This document shows, piece after piece, positions 37,830 through 50,999 of a stretch of DNA of 64,000 nt; the stretch's first letter is position 1, and each line of letters begins with the position of its first letter. Source of the DNA: Podarcis erhardii (taxonomy: Eukaryota); assembly GCA_964252035.1 (NCBI GenBank), contig OZ176200.1; one strand, written 5' to 3'. The translations under genes and the position numbers were made by a program. The notes below the pieces were generated by a model, which did no database searches, was not told the origin of the DNA, and was given only the letters and a program-made list of their open reading frames with translations.

Positions 37830-38460
37830 AGGCTTCTCCAAAAATAATCAGGCAGCTCCGGTCACCTTTTTTCTGTCCTGCTTGAAAATAAAAGCGTTCG
37901 GGGGATTCATCAAAGCCCCATCCACCCGAAAAGGTATCGTAGAAACAGGAGCGGCTAAAGATGGAAGCGCATTCTTCTTATCAAGAAGCCTCCGGCCGGG
38001 AGACTCGGAGGCAGCGCGCGCGGGTGCCGAGGACCTGGAAGGAGCCCGGGCGACGAGCCTGCAGGAATGCCAACTATGCGGAGGCTGCCTGTACCTGCAG
38101 CTGCTCCCTTGCTGATGGCCCCCCGGCCCGCACGGGGAGGAAGAGAGAGAGAGATTCTCCTCCAGCATCCGCGAAGAAACGAGCAGCGCCCGAGAAAAAC
38201 CATACCTGGGGCGGAGAGGGAAACCAGCTTCACCGCCTCCCTTCACGCCCCGGTACAAGCAAGTGCAGACCCGCCTGCTCAGAGCACTCCCTGAATGCCC
38301 TCGCGGGCCGTCTGGGCCTTCGTACCAGCGAGACGCAGAGATGTCTGCCCCCAGGCTACCATTTATTTCCATTACAAAACTGCAACGACAACGAAGCTCT
38401 CGGGGAGTTTTTCCAGCTAGTTTGCCGACCCACCTTTTACAGCTCTAAAGGGAGGTGCGG
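37830..38460. promoter_or_regulatory. Second (orphan) CpG island upstream of LARGE2
   Basis: CpG-rich ~600 bp; minus-strand donor-like sites CAG|gtatgg (38206) and CAG|gtacag (38095); no recognisable coding similarity. Confidence 0.5.
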
Positions 38461-39643
38461 TGTTCATTGTACTGTACAAAAAAACTAATAACTCCTTTCC
38501 AGTTGTCACATTCCCAACAAACATGCATAGAAGAAGGGTGCAGGTCTGGCCCTAGCCTAGGGTGTGAACAATCAGAGGGAAGATATTACAAGCGGTGAAA
38601 TGTATCTTCTAATCAAACAGTTTTTGTATGTGGTGGTTAGAGGCGGGGAGAAGACGGACAAAGTTTCTTTTGTGGAATGCATGACTTCTACAGGACAGGC
38701 CATTTCTGAGTTTCCCCTCTCCAAGAAATGCAGCAAGAGCGAGAGGGTGGAGAATGCTTTTAGGGAAAGGTCATTAAGCGTGCAGCTCTGCTGGAGCCAC
38801 ACATTAGAGATCCGAAGACACCCGTAGTCGTGCGCGCGCACACACAGGCACAATAATATGATGGTTTACACATGCATCCATAGGCACATAATTTAGTGCA
38901 GTAGCTGCAGAATCATGAATATGACTGACATACAAAAACCCCTTGGTCAACTTTTTTAGGACACAGAAATGTGCTCTCCCATGTATACTTGCAAAGTAAA
39001 GCAAAGCAGCACATATGCACGTGCACACAGAGATTTTGCACATTAACAAGTACTTTTGCTCCTATCCACTACCACGTTTTGGAATGTTGCTGTCTATGTC
39101 AGGGCCTGTGCTAAGTTAATTCAAAGGCAGAAAGAACCCTTAGGAAATGTAAGACAAGACCTTTCTGTTTTTTTTACTTCCCCTATGATCCTCTCTTGTG
39201 CCAGACAAAACAGTAGGCTGGCATAAATCACACAAGGAAGAGGGAAATCAAGGGACCAGAGGTCTCCCAACTCCTGCACCTTCAGTTCTAAGGAATCCCT
39301 TTGTCCCAAGAGAAAATCCTTCTCAAACCTCACCATATTAATTGGCTCCTTTTGTTATTCCTGGCTGGAATCTATCCTTCCTCAGCAGCTTCTTGCTTGC
39401 ACTGGGCAAACATTGGCAGCAACAGGATGAGGAGCTTCCCAATAATGGCATTCTTTGTTACCAACTTACTATTAGAAGGATGTAGATGAAAGTGTTCACA
39501 GCATGTGACTGTTTTTGCTGCCCTACAGCCAACAGCCCCTCACTTCACTTCATGGGCTCTTTATAGCATGCAGCCACAAAAGGCAGGTAGCCTTAAAAAA
39601 ACACCTCAAATCTCTATTTGTTATTGATAATTATGCTACTTAG

Positions 39644-39645
<2 letters not shown>

Positions 39646-39693
<48 letters not shown>
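39646..39693. repeat. (GT)24 microsatellite
   Basis: Direct reading; followed by acacaca. Confidence 0.97.
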
Positions 39694-39695
<2 letters not shown>

Positions 39696-40054
39696 ACACA
39701 GAAACACACACCCCACAGATCAGTTTTGGAGCATTTTTTTAAAAAATTCTAAAAGTGTTTTGTTCACCCACACCAAATTACAGAGCCAGACATGTCTTGG
39801 GAGGCTGCCTTTTGCTCTTCCCTGTTCAATACTATACAAAGTGAACATTTATTGGAAAACTGAGGCATTGAAATCATGCAGCAGCACAACACCATCCAGA
39901 AAACCTTCCCTATAATCTAACAAGATCAGGGCACATATCTCACACCTAAATTCACACCACTGCAAGTATCAAAAATTGAAGTATTCCATCAATTGGCAGA
40001 GGGCCAGAATTTGCTTTTACAGGTCAAGTCTATTGCGCTAAGGCTAAGAATACA

Positions 40055-40480
40055 AGATGAGCCCTGCTGGATCAGAGCAAAGGCCCATCTAGTCCAGCAT
40101 TCTGTTGTCATAGTGGTCAACCAGTGCCTGTGGGACTGCTCTGGCAAGAAGGTAAACGGCGTTTCCATGCGCTGCTCTGGTTTGCCAGAAGTGGCTTAGT
40201 CATGCTGGCCACATGACCCGGAAGCTGTACGCCGGCTCCCTCGGCCATTAAAGCAAGATGAGCGACGCAACCCCAGAGTTGTCCGCGACTGGACCTAATG
40301 GTCAGGGGTCCCTTTACCTTTTTAATGCCTGTGGGAAGCTTGCAAGCAGGACATGAGAGTACTATTCCTCTCCCGCTCATGTTCCCCAACAACTGGTAAC
40401 CAGAGACATACTGCCTCTGACATTGGAGCTGATATATAGTCATTATGCCTGGTAACTATTGATAGCCTTATTCTCCATAA
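40055..40480 (-). mobile_element. CR1-like LINE 3' fragment (host of the Sauria SINE)
   Basis: gagccctgctggatcagagcaaaggcccatctagtccagcattctg is the reverse complement of a squamate CR1 3' end. Confidence 0.65.
40148..40324 (-). mobile_element. Sauria SINE 5' portion inserted in a CR1 fragment
   Basis: Reverse complement reads aaaggtaaagggacccctgaccattaggtccagtc...; direct repeat tgcctgtggga at 40125-40135 and 40326-40336. Confidence 0.82.
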
Positions 40481-43177
40481 ACAGCAGAGTAGTTAAAAGC
40501 AACACATTTTGACTAATTTTGACTCCTATATTTTTTGTAAGCTTAAAATAGCAGGACGATTGCTACTGACATCTACAGGTGCCAGCTTCTCAACTAGAAG
40601 CAGTAGGTGGAGGCAGGCAGCCTACCAGTTCCCTTCACCTTCATCCCTCCAAGGCAAGGGAAGAAGGTTGGCCAAGTGAGTAACTAGTGGAAAAACCAGG
40701 GGGAGGGAGGCACAGCTGCTGCTTTCTCTTTTAGAGCCTCCCTTAAAGAGACAGGCATAATTTCTGCTTTGAGCACCAAGCAACCTTAGCTTCTTAGACA
40801 TATTTGCAGGGCACATGGAGTGCTTAGACCACAGTCATGACATCTAGAAATCACTTATTTTAAATAATCACATGTGAACCACACTGGGTCTAAAGAAAAG
40901 TTGTCTAAGGAAAGGCGATGTAGATTTGAGCTTTTCAACAGGATGCTCCCATTTTTCTATACCTAGCCTTGCCCCCAACTCTGCTGAAGGTCTATCATTT
41001 CCCTTCCCACATTCATCTTGGGACATCATGGTTGGCTGGGTTCCCATGCCATTTTACCTTGTGCTGCCTGGAGAGGATTGCAGTTCCTCCCATTAATTTG
41101 CAGTGCTGTAATGGGATACGTTCCACAAGGGCAGTTCCTTCTACTTCCGTACTCTTAGAGAATGAAAAGAACAATCAGTACTGAGATTTTGCAAGTCTAC
41201 TTGGAACTTGCACCCCTGTCTCTAAAACGCTTTCGGTCATGTAGACCTCCTCAATAAATGACTCCTCCTACATTCAGCTTCTGTGCTTACTCACACCATA
41301 ATCATTCTTCCTGCATTTGGGCTGGGGGGGGCAGGGGGAGAGCACCTAGAATATGCATGCTCATGACCTTAAATAGCTCAGAATATGCAGAGGCTAACTT
41401 TGTGCCTTGCAATTATGCAGCACACCAACAACATTCCAAAACGCCACTCCGGGTGGAAATTATGCACACATTTAGTGCTGTGGTTTGAAGGGCACAAACA
41501 ATGGTTCATAACAACCAGAACTGGTGACTGCTCCCGAAAATATAATACTGGAAATCACCTTGGAATTTAACCTGCCCACAGAATCCCAAATTGTTAAAAG
41601 ATATAACTGACATCATGATACGTGAGACAAAAGATGGATAACAGCCACAGTTGGCATTCACATATTTGCAAATGGACTGGCATGAATACACAATGCCAGC
41701 TGCCCACCCAGTGTCCTCTTTAGGCGGAGTTATTTCTGGCACTGTAGTAACAGTAGCAATACACAAGTCTCCTGTCTGCCTAAGGAGAAGCAACCACACT
41801 AAAAATAGGGAAATCTCTATGATTGGGCATGAGGAAAGATGGTTAAAGCTATCTGCATAGCTCTCCAGTACTTTGCTGGCCAAGACCATTGGCTGTTTCA
41901 CCGACAGTGACAGATATGCACACTATATATAGGGGTAGGCACTGCAAGCCTCTAAGTGAGCAGGGGAGAGGATTTGCAAAACCTGGGTCCTGCTAGACCA
42001 AGCGTGGCTTCCATGCCAGAAAACTGGAACAAAGAGCAGAAGTGCTTGGTAGAGACTGGGTTGCAGGAGGTGTGGTTTAAAATTTTAAGCTTCAAAATTC
42101 CTGATCCTGAACAGAGGTATGCACTCTTTATAGGAGCACCATGAGATCCACTCTCAGCCCATGGCACTTTCTCAACAGTATATTGAGAAAGAGGCGCAGG
42201 GGTTTTCCTCCCTGCCCCCAATCAACTGGTATAAATTTTTTATGAAATAAATAAAAATAAATTGTGCTTGAGGGGATTAGGCCAGGATGGGATACCTCAG
42301 GCAAGGAACCAAATGTGGCCCTCCAGGACTCCGTATCAGGCTACACCTGGCCCTCATGAAGTTATTGGGTGTTTCTGCCCAGCTAGAATTGCCATTGAAC
42401 GCTGCTAATGCCTCTTACTTGCCTAGATGAAGGACAGAGAGTGTACGTAGACACTAGCCTACTGCACGAAGGTAAATCTGCACATTTGTTTTGCCCACTT
42501 TTGCTCTGGCTCCACCCACTATTGGCAGGTCGCCTTCAGAAGGCTGCCCAGGTAGCCCACAGCCTGAAAAAGGCTCCCCAGCTCTGGATTAGACAAGCTA
42601 ATCCTACCATAAGAAACATCCCTGAGTTCTGCAGTTCTGCTTAGTTAGAAAGGAAGAGCAAATAGATTATAACAGCTTATGACATCGACCGATTAAAAAT
42701 ATATAAATTTATTTTAATGTATTTTAAATAAAGTATTACATTAATGATTTTCATTGTTTATTGTTTGCTTACTTACATTCGAATGCATCCATGGATGGTT
42801 TATTAGATTTTTAAATGGGAAGCCACCTTGAGGACTTTTGTCAAAGCAGAATATGAATATAAAAGAATAATAAGAATAGCTCACAGTGCCAAGCAGTCCA
42901 CAAGTGGACTAAGACTCATTCCATATTCATAATAAAAATGTTACAATTTTTCACAGGCTTCCTCATTCTATTGCATTGTTCTCAGCATAGCATTTGAGTT
43001 TTTGCAAAAGTTGATGGGGTGTTGTTGTTTTTTCAAGGGGGTTGTTGGCAAGGAGAAGCTTAATGGCAGTGTTAGAGTGGCGTGTGCAAGTTGGGGCAGC
43101 AGATGCATATGATTAGGGCAATATGACCCGAATCCACAAAGGAAAGGAGGAATTTAACAACCCAATGGCAACCCAAA

Positions 43178-43329
43178 CACCATAAATTTAAGGCACATGT
43201 AAAAAACTCTATCCCAGAGAATCCTGGGAACTGTAGCTTAAGGATTCTGGGAACTGTAGCTCTGTGAGGGAGTAAGCTACAGTTCCCCGGATTCTTTGCG
43301 GTGGGGAAATGTGCTTTGAATGTATGGTG
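43178..43329. mobile_element. Palindromic (fold-back) MITE
   Basis: Outer arms caccataaatttaaggcacat / atgtgctttgaatgtatggtg; inner arms gaatcctgggaactgtagc / gctacagttccccggattc. Confidence 0.7.
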
Positions 43330-46300
43330 CGTACACAGACTCAGTTGCTTTACATTGCAATTCTTTTGCATTCTATTCCTTCCTATTTCTACCTATATCT
43401 ACACAAACCCAATTAGAGCTGGGAGGAAAATACAAGATTCTCCGGTATCTCCCAGTTGCACGTACCATGGTCCACATGTGTGGAATTGCAACTTTTGTAG
43501 TATGGTGGGATGGAGGTCTTTGTGCATGGGAGAGCCAGTATGCCAGAAAGAAACTCTTCCAATTTATCCCTGCTTGCAGCACGAGGAGCTCATTCCCTGA
43601 TGCTGGACAGTCCTCACAGACAACCACAGGGGCATGTTGCTGAACAAGAAATAAAGAGAATGGAGGAGTGGGGAATTAATAGCAGAAAGCAAAGAAGATC
43701 ATAAATCCAAATGAAGTGTTGATGGAATCACAAACCACAACTGAGTCGCCTATGCATTTTACAACCTGCTGAGCTGATTTATTCCCGACTGGACTGTCAA
43801 GCCCAGAGGTTAGGCTGTGAAACAAATGGGGAAACAAACCCATGGTGAGGAGGAGAATCTCTTCTTCCTTCAATGAGATTTGAAACGGAAAGCTCTCTAT
43901 AAAAAGGAAAGCGCTCCAGTGCCCCCTCATACTGACCAATAGCCCCAAGGTCTGCGTGGGCCTTATCTGGCCTGTAACTGCATAGGTCTCACATGATCAA
44001 GGGTGCAATCCCACACAGAGTTTCCTAGGCACGAGTCCCATTGAACACAGCACTTCTAAATGCATAAAAGGACTGAACTGCAATCTAGTGAACGGGCGTC
44101 CCTCTGTGTGGTCAACTAATGTAAGGTTCTCCATGAAGAGAGATTCTTTACTGAAATGGAGACTTGTGAACGGTAAGTGAATTGCCCTTGTGCTCTAAAG
44201 GATGAATCATAAAAAAAGAAGTCCAAATAAATTAGATTATAGCTTGGGTTGTTGTTTTGTCAGCAAGCTCTTATTCTTTGCTGCATTTTATTAGTTGAAA
44301 CGGCATTTTGTAGGAGTTTGTTCTGTTGCATATAAACGTTCTATTATTGTCATTGCTGTTAGATGCCCTGAGTGTGGGATGGGTGATATATAAATTGCTT
44401 AGTAAACAGTCATCCTCTGCAGGTTCATTTAAGACATACTTCCTATATCTGTGTGCATTCTTTCTAGCAGTTTCTTTTGATAGGAAGAACACGCACTTAT
44501 GCAGAGTGAGAGGTCAGCATTCTTCTTGCTTTTTATCTACACCAAATGCACAAAAAATTGGGAAATGAGCACCACAATGGGCTTGCTTATATTTGCCTTC
44601 AATACTGGGACTATGACATGCTGGATCTGGACTAGTAATATAACACACCACTATTATAACACACTAGACTCATCTGTTTAACAAGCAAAAGCATTTACTA
44701 TTCTTTCATCCAAGATGGTCCCATTTTTTCATTCTACCTGTTCGGAAATATTTAACTTCCATAAGAGCAGAAGGTTCCTAATACTTCCACAAAAAATTCC
44801 TTTTGCCCCAGCCAAGAATGTGCATTTTGAATGGCTCTATTAAAACCTTTGATAGCATGCTTGACATTAGATTTCTAATATTTAGAGAACTAGGTGCTTG
44901 GAAAGGATTAAGTGGAGATGGATCTTTCAAGGCTAGTTAAAACTCTTTTTGTATCTATTCTGCCCTGGACACATGAGTAGTCTGCTCTCCAAGAATAGGA
45001 GACTATGGAGATCCAAATAGGGCACTTAAAGCATAAATGCCCATTAAGCACTTTTAAAAGCTCTGTAAATTAAACCATTACAAAGTCTTGTGGCACCTTA
45101 AAGACTAACAGATTCATGGTGACCCCCCCAACCAAAAAAACACACCTTTCATGGTGTAAAGTCTATCTAACACATGAAGTGTTATTCTCAGATAGCCCAT
45201 GCAGAGAAAAATACAGTGGACAGTGGAATCAAATGACTAGGAAACACAAGAAGTACAGTGTGACACACTTAAAATGCCAATTATTTTAGTGGAGGCACTG
45301 AAAAGATTTTGGACAGGTCATCCTACTTCTAAATAGGCTGTTATGGTTTCCTAATGTTCCCTAGCAGAGAATAAAAATAAAAAGCTCACCAACTGCCATT
45401 TAAAAACTCCCCTTTAACACTGCCTTCCTCAACCCCCATTTCCCATGCAGAATATGTTTGGAATGAAAGGTGGGGCTGAATTAGAATGGGGGAAAGATCT
45501 GATCAGACAGCACTAGAGAGAGGTCTGCAGAGTCCCCCAGGCTCTGCTTTGTGTGTAAGCCAAGTTACCTTCTGTGATAACAATTCACCTGCACTGCTGT
45601 GCTAACCAAGTGAGGTTCCTGAGGTGAAGGTGTGCTGCACAGAAGGCAAATTGTTGGTGAGGGGAAGAGATCTCTTACTGAGTTCTGTGTAGAATAATCC
45701 TCAGTGGCAGACATAAGGACTCTGCGCCTAGCTGAAAAGGACAGGAGGGCTTTTATGTTACAGGCAAGAAAGGGCACCAACGCCCATTCAAATGAAGTAA
45801 TGAAAATAGTGGCAATTCAAAATCCATTAGGGGCTTTGCACTTTGTTCCCTCCCCCCACTGCTCTTAGTACTCCACATTTCTAGCTCTTGCCAGAAATAA
45901 TTACAGTAGTCTGTGCCTCAAGACAACTTTGAGTCCACAAGGTCAGAATCAGAACATCACTCAGCAGTGTTCACAAGCATTACAGAAAATCCAGGCGGAA
46001 ACCTTAAAAAAACCACCCATGTCACCCAGTTCCAGAGCAGAGGCCTTGCCTTCTTAAAGGAAAGGGTTTTGCCACCAATTTTGACCACTTCCCCCACTTC
46101 AGATCTTGTGGAATAATAGGGGGATCAGAATGTCTTCAACATCTCTCTCTCCCAGGGTCAATCCAGCTCTTACGCTCCTTTCTTCTTGCCATCCCTTTTA
46201 TTTCAAAGTTCAATAAACAGGAAGAAAAGGGAAAGGGTCTTGACAAATCCCATCAAGGCTCAGGAAAAACCAAGCCTGCCTCCAGCTGACATAGCAGGCC

Positions 46301-46828
46301 CTGCACTAATGAGAGGTAAGGAGGCACCTAAGAAGAACAGGCAACAGCAAAGAGAAGGAGAAATGAATTATTCACATTGCATGCAGTAGACAGCTGCACA
46401 AATCACACACTTTCCACACCTAAAAGGGACAAGCACCAGATCCTTGCAGGTCCCCATGCTTGACCAGGGCTTCTACAACTTGCATCCCAAGAGAGGCAGC
46501 CCAGAGGCCAACAGCTGCATCCAGTCAAGAATGGAATTTGCAGCTGAAAGGCTTTTGTGCAAGGGATGCACAATAGTCAGGCCAGTACAGGGGAGGGTCA
46601 GAGTTAACTCTTTGATCACCACAGCCTCAGAGGGCAAAAAAGAAAGGAAAAGCCTGTAGTTGCCATTCCTTCTAAAATGGCACATATGTTATCATGCATA
46701 TTCAATCTGACCACTGATCACAGCAGGCCTCTAGTATTATTCAAGTAAAAAGAATACGTGTTCCTAGAACTGAGAGCTCCAGCAAGCAGTGAAAAAGCTC
46801 ATCCCCATCCCATCTCTATAGTATAATA

Positions 46829-47155
46829 CAGTGGTGCCCCGCAAGACGAACGCCTCGCAAGATGGAAAACCCGCTAGACGAAAGGGTTTTCCGTTTTGGA
46901 GGCGCTTCGCAAAACGAATTTCCCTATGGGCTTGCTTCGCAAGACGAAATGTCTTGCGAGTTCCTGCGGGTCCCCCCCCCTTTTTCCCCTTTTCCTAAGC
47001 CGCTAAGCCGCTTATCAGCTGATCCGCTAAAAGCCGCTAAACCGCTAATAGCGCTAATCCGCTAAGCTGTCAATGGGCTTGCTTCGCAAGACGAAAAAAC
47101 CGCTATACGAAGAGCCTCACGGAACGGATTAATTTCGTCTTGCGAGGCACCACTG
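46829..47155 (-). mobile_element. MITE family A copy (inverted)
   Basis: Same TIRs and TA flanks; internal CCGCTAA repeats. Confidence 0.93.
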
Positions 47156-47164
47156 TACCAAATA

Positions 47165-47397
47165 CAGTCGTACCTTGGATTCTGAATGCCTTGCAAGTTG
47201 AACGTTTTGGCTCCCGAACACCACAAAACCAGAAGTGAGTGTTCTGGTTTGTGAACATTCTTTGGAAACCGAACATCTGATGGGGCTTCCAATTGGCTGC
47301 AGGAGCTTCCTTCAGCCAACTGGAAGCCACACCTTGGTTTCTTGGAAGTCGAACAGACTTCTGGAACGGATTCCATTGAACTTCCAAGGTACCACTG
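47165..47397. mobile_element. Tc1/mariner MITE, family B
   Basis: TA-CAGTCGTACCTTGG...CCAAGGTACCACTG-TA; 5 bp lie between its left TA and the right TA of the family A copy. Confidence 0.88.
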
Positions 47398-49189
47398 TAA
47401 CCTTTTTTATCCTGTATGAGAATGAAAAACCAACCTTGACAATACACACCACAGTGGCTGGGGTGCAAAGGAGACCAACAAAGTGGATGAACTGCTGCGA
47501 GGGTTCTTGTCCATCTATAGATAGTGGAGAGTAGACATGGTCCCACAGTCACCAGGATAAATGAGCTCCAGATGAAGAATCAATGTCCATTGTTCAAGAG
47601 CATCTGAAAGAGCACAGAGAGGCTGAACAAGGGTCAAAGTACAGGTGATATGTATACCTCCCCTTTTTACCTTCTCCTGGCCCCTTAAGGGGCTACCTGT
47701 TACTCCAGTGTAGAAGATTACCTACATTCAAATTATTTGGTACCCAGAGCTGCACCTCAGTTGTATTTATACAACTATTTCTATACTGCCATAGCATAAA
47801 GCAGGACAGTGCTCATAATAAAAAGACAATGAAAAAGAATGTAATGTTTTATCACAATAGGAAGCTGCCATCAGAAAAATAAATAAAACATTTGATACTC
47901 AGGATTGATTCACATGACTCCATTTACTCAGTATATCGAGGGAATTGTGTTAATTTTGGTACAAGGGATCCCCAGCTTTCCAGCAGGTGGAAATGTTGAC
48001 CAAAAATATTGCTCTTATGAGCAACCTCACTGTAAGAGCACGGGTAGCACAAGGCCCCATTCAGCCCATATTTTGTTACGTTTCAGAGAGAAACTAATCA
48101 AACTTGCAGCACATTAAAAGAGGTTAGTGCTATGACAGAAAATGAACATTGCTGTGATGGCTCACACTGGTTTTACAGTTACACTGTAAAATTACACTAC
48201 TAGCAGAATGGGATAGGATGCCCATATTTTGGTTTCCCCCCTTGAAGAGTCAGCTGCCAAGGGAGTGAATGTCAATGGGAGACTTGTCAGCGTAACAGTG
48301 CAATCCTATTTCTACTCAGAAGTGAGTCTCATTGTGCTGAACGGGCCCTACACCCAGGGAAGTGTGTATGAGATCCCAGCCAAAGGCCCACTGAACACAA
48401 CAGAACTTATTTCTAATGTATTGTATAGGATATGCTACAAGTATCTTGCCCGGTAGGAGATATGTGAAATTTAACCATCAAACCTCAGCCCTGGGCTCAT
48501 TAGAGATAATTTTAACAGGAAAAGGTATCGCCTTTGATTTCTTGGTGGGAATTGGTTTTGAATGCAGTTTGAAAAGAATTCATGCTATTATGAATTTTAG
48601 AATTCCAAGGTCAGGCTCTGAAAGGAGTTCTTCCTTTGACCCAGCAGCTTATACACCTTGGGTAATTTGTATTTTTTCTGAATTGTCATATAGAAAGGGT
48701 GACAACTCTCAGGTAGGCTTGTAGGTCATATGTTATTTTGTCATTATAATAGAAATCCAGTATCTCTAAACCTTTCTTGGTAGTCACCTGAAGGCTCTTC
48801 TTCTAAGCTTTCGTACTACATTAAAATAGCACGAGTTCTGCAACATTTCTGAAATGTCTTGACAGAGCTCACAAGGAACGTTATTGCCATTGCAAGGTTA
48901 TATTTTGAATTGGAAAGCCAGTGCACTTTCTCTCTCAAATGTGCTTGCTAATAAGTGTCCCGCTGTTATCGTTTCAAGTGGCAGGTAAGTGTGCCCTTTT
49001 GTGAACAGCCTTACTCATTGTTTCGGTGTTTAACTTTGTTATGTGTGATAGCAAATGTGGCAAGAAATGCACAGGATTAAAATAAATAGTACTGAGACAA
49101 CCAGGCGGAACATGAAAAGAAGTGTGATTAATGCCACCGCACACACATTTTTAGGCTGCCAGAAGCTGCCTAAAATAAAAACAAACCAA

Positions 49190-49330
49190 ATGTTTCTAGC
49201 CCCATATGCATGGTGCTGATAATGTCAAGGTTGCAGGTTCGATCCCCATATGGGACAGCTGCATATTCCTGCATTGCAGGGGGTTGTACTAGATGATTCT
49301 CAGGGTCCCTTCCAACTCTACAATTCTATG
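49190..49330 (+). mobile_element. tRNA-derived SINE with CR1-type 3' tail
   Basis: B box GGTTCGATCC at 49236-49245; tail ...gggtcccttccaactctacaattctatg shared with the CR1 ends at 26739 and 28460. Confidence 0.75.
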
Positions 49331-50754
49331 TCCACAGATGCCCCCAGCAGCACTGTGGGAAATGGCTGCTCTAAAACACTCAACGTTTTGCTGAGGCACG
49401 GTAAATGCAAAGGAAAATAATGAAGAGAAAATATTTACAAGAGGCACAAAACAGTATGTTAGTAAGCCATCCTTCTTCGCCAGCTTCCACATGCACAGCG
49501 TTACCAGAGAATTCTTTGTTTTCAAGCTGAAATCTCTGCTTAGCAAGAAGATTTAATTCCTGTTCTCAGAACAGGTTTGTCAAGCACAGTGCGTATTCCC
49601 ACTTTCAGAAGTTATTAAGCATTTATACAAGCTCAAATTATAACATTTGCTGCAAATGCTGCCAATACCAACAGGAATTTACTTGCTAAGGCATCACAGT
49701 CCAAGCTGGGTAAGACACAGAAGAACAGGGAACAGACATTTTGTGAGGAGCATTGCATTTACTCATTTCCACCATGACAATTACTTTTAATACACAGTCG
49801 TATTCTAGCTAGAAAGCTTCCAGTGGGAGGATTACCCTTGAGTATGTTTAATACCACCCCAGTAATTATCCTTCTAAAAGCATGGATGTAGGATTTAAAA
49901 ACAGAATTCTTCACATCAGTTTCTTGGACTCTATGAACCATTTGTGTAGCATTTTAGCTATTACATGCAGAAAAACCCACAGTCTGACTAAATAGCCACT
50001 TTCCTGTTAGGCCGCTGTGTAAGAGAAGATGACACAACCTGCCAGGGCTTGAACAACTAAGTGTGCTCTTTGGAAAAATCAAACAATTGCACCATTCACC
50101 TGGAAACTGCAGGAACAGCAAAACCTTACGGTAAACTTGTGTGTTTTGGCATTTTAGGTTTAGAAAAGCTCTAACCCCATAGCTGGATTGCTCAAGTCGG
50201 AATGCAAGCTCAGCAGCAGTACAGGAAAGAAACCCAATATAAAAGGTGATGCCTTTGGGAAGTACTGGAAGCAGCATCACACTATAAAAGTGTTAAAGGA
50301 ATCAGTGGAACACAAATTTTACAGAGGCATTTCACAACACACAGCATCCAATATAGTCTAGTAAAAATAAGGCTGAAATAAAATAAATCATTTTTAGGAT
50401 AACATTTAAGCTAGCAGAAGTAGCAATATACTAATAGCTGCAATGTCGAGTTTGATGCAAAATGAGGCTATTCTCCGTCACAAGTTGCTACTGGAAGTGC
50501 CTGAAAACAGAAACAGTTGAAAACTAACAGGCACTGAGGCTGCAGTATCTCAATTTCTATAAGGTCAAATGGGTCCCCTTATTTGATTTATTTTTATTAT
50601 ATATGTTCTCTTCTTCCTAAAGGAGGAAATGATTTTAAAATATTTAACAGGAGCATCTGTACCTTTAGTACAACACTCATGAAGAAAAACCTCTCTAATG
50701 CTTTTAACCCAAATACGTATTGTAAATTTCCTTCACTATACCAGCATCGACATA

Positions 50755-50999
50755 CAGTCGTACCTTGGTTCTTGAACAGAATCCGTGCTGGAAGTCCATT
50801 TGACTTCTGAAAATGTTCGAAAACCAAGGTGTGGCTTTCGATTGGCCGCAGGAGCTTCCTGCATTCAATCGGAAGCCACGGAAGCAGCTTCAGATGTTCC
50901 AAAGAACGTTCGCCAACCGGAACACTCACTTCTGGGTTTGTGGTGTTCGCGAGCCAAAGCGTTTGAGTCACAAGGTATTCGAGAACCAAGGTACAACTG
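50755..50999. mobile_element. MITE family B copy (opposite orientation to 47165)
   Basis: TA-CAGTCGTACCTTGG...CCAAGGTACAACTG-TA; shares internal blocks (attggc.gcaggagcttcc, cactcacttctgg) with 47165-47397. Confidence 0.88.

Noticed and set aside
36179-38488. Many overlapping 60-269 aa ORFs on both strands
   Set aside because: Typical CpG-island artefacts: low-complexity products, no domains, no consistent exon structure.
36930-48990. Plus-strand GTAAGT donors (36933, 44173, 48985) as exons of an antisense lncRNA
   Set aside because: About six such hexamers are expected per strand in 25 kb by chance, and no convincing matching acceptors were found.
48780-49150. Possible conserved non-coding enhancer in the intergenic region
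   Set aside because: Looks non-repetitive with scattered GATA, FOX and E-box-like words, but it cannot be told from background without an alignment.
49190-49260. tRNA gene
   Set aside because: Has a B box but no cloverleaf or acceptor stem, and runs straight into a CR1-type tail, so it is a SINE.
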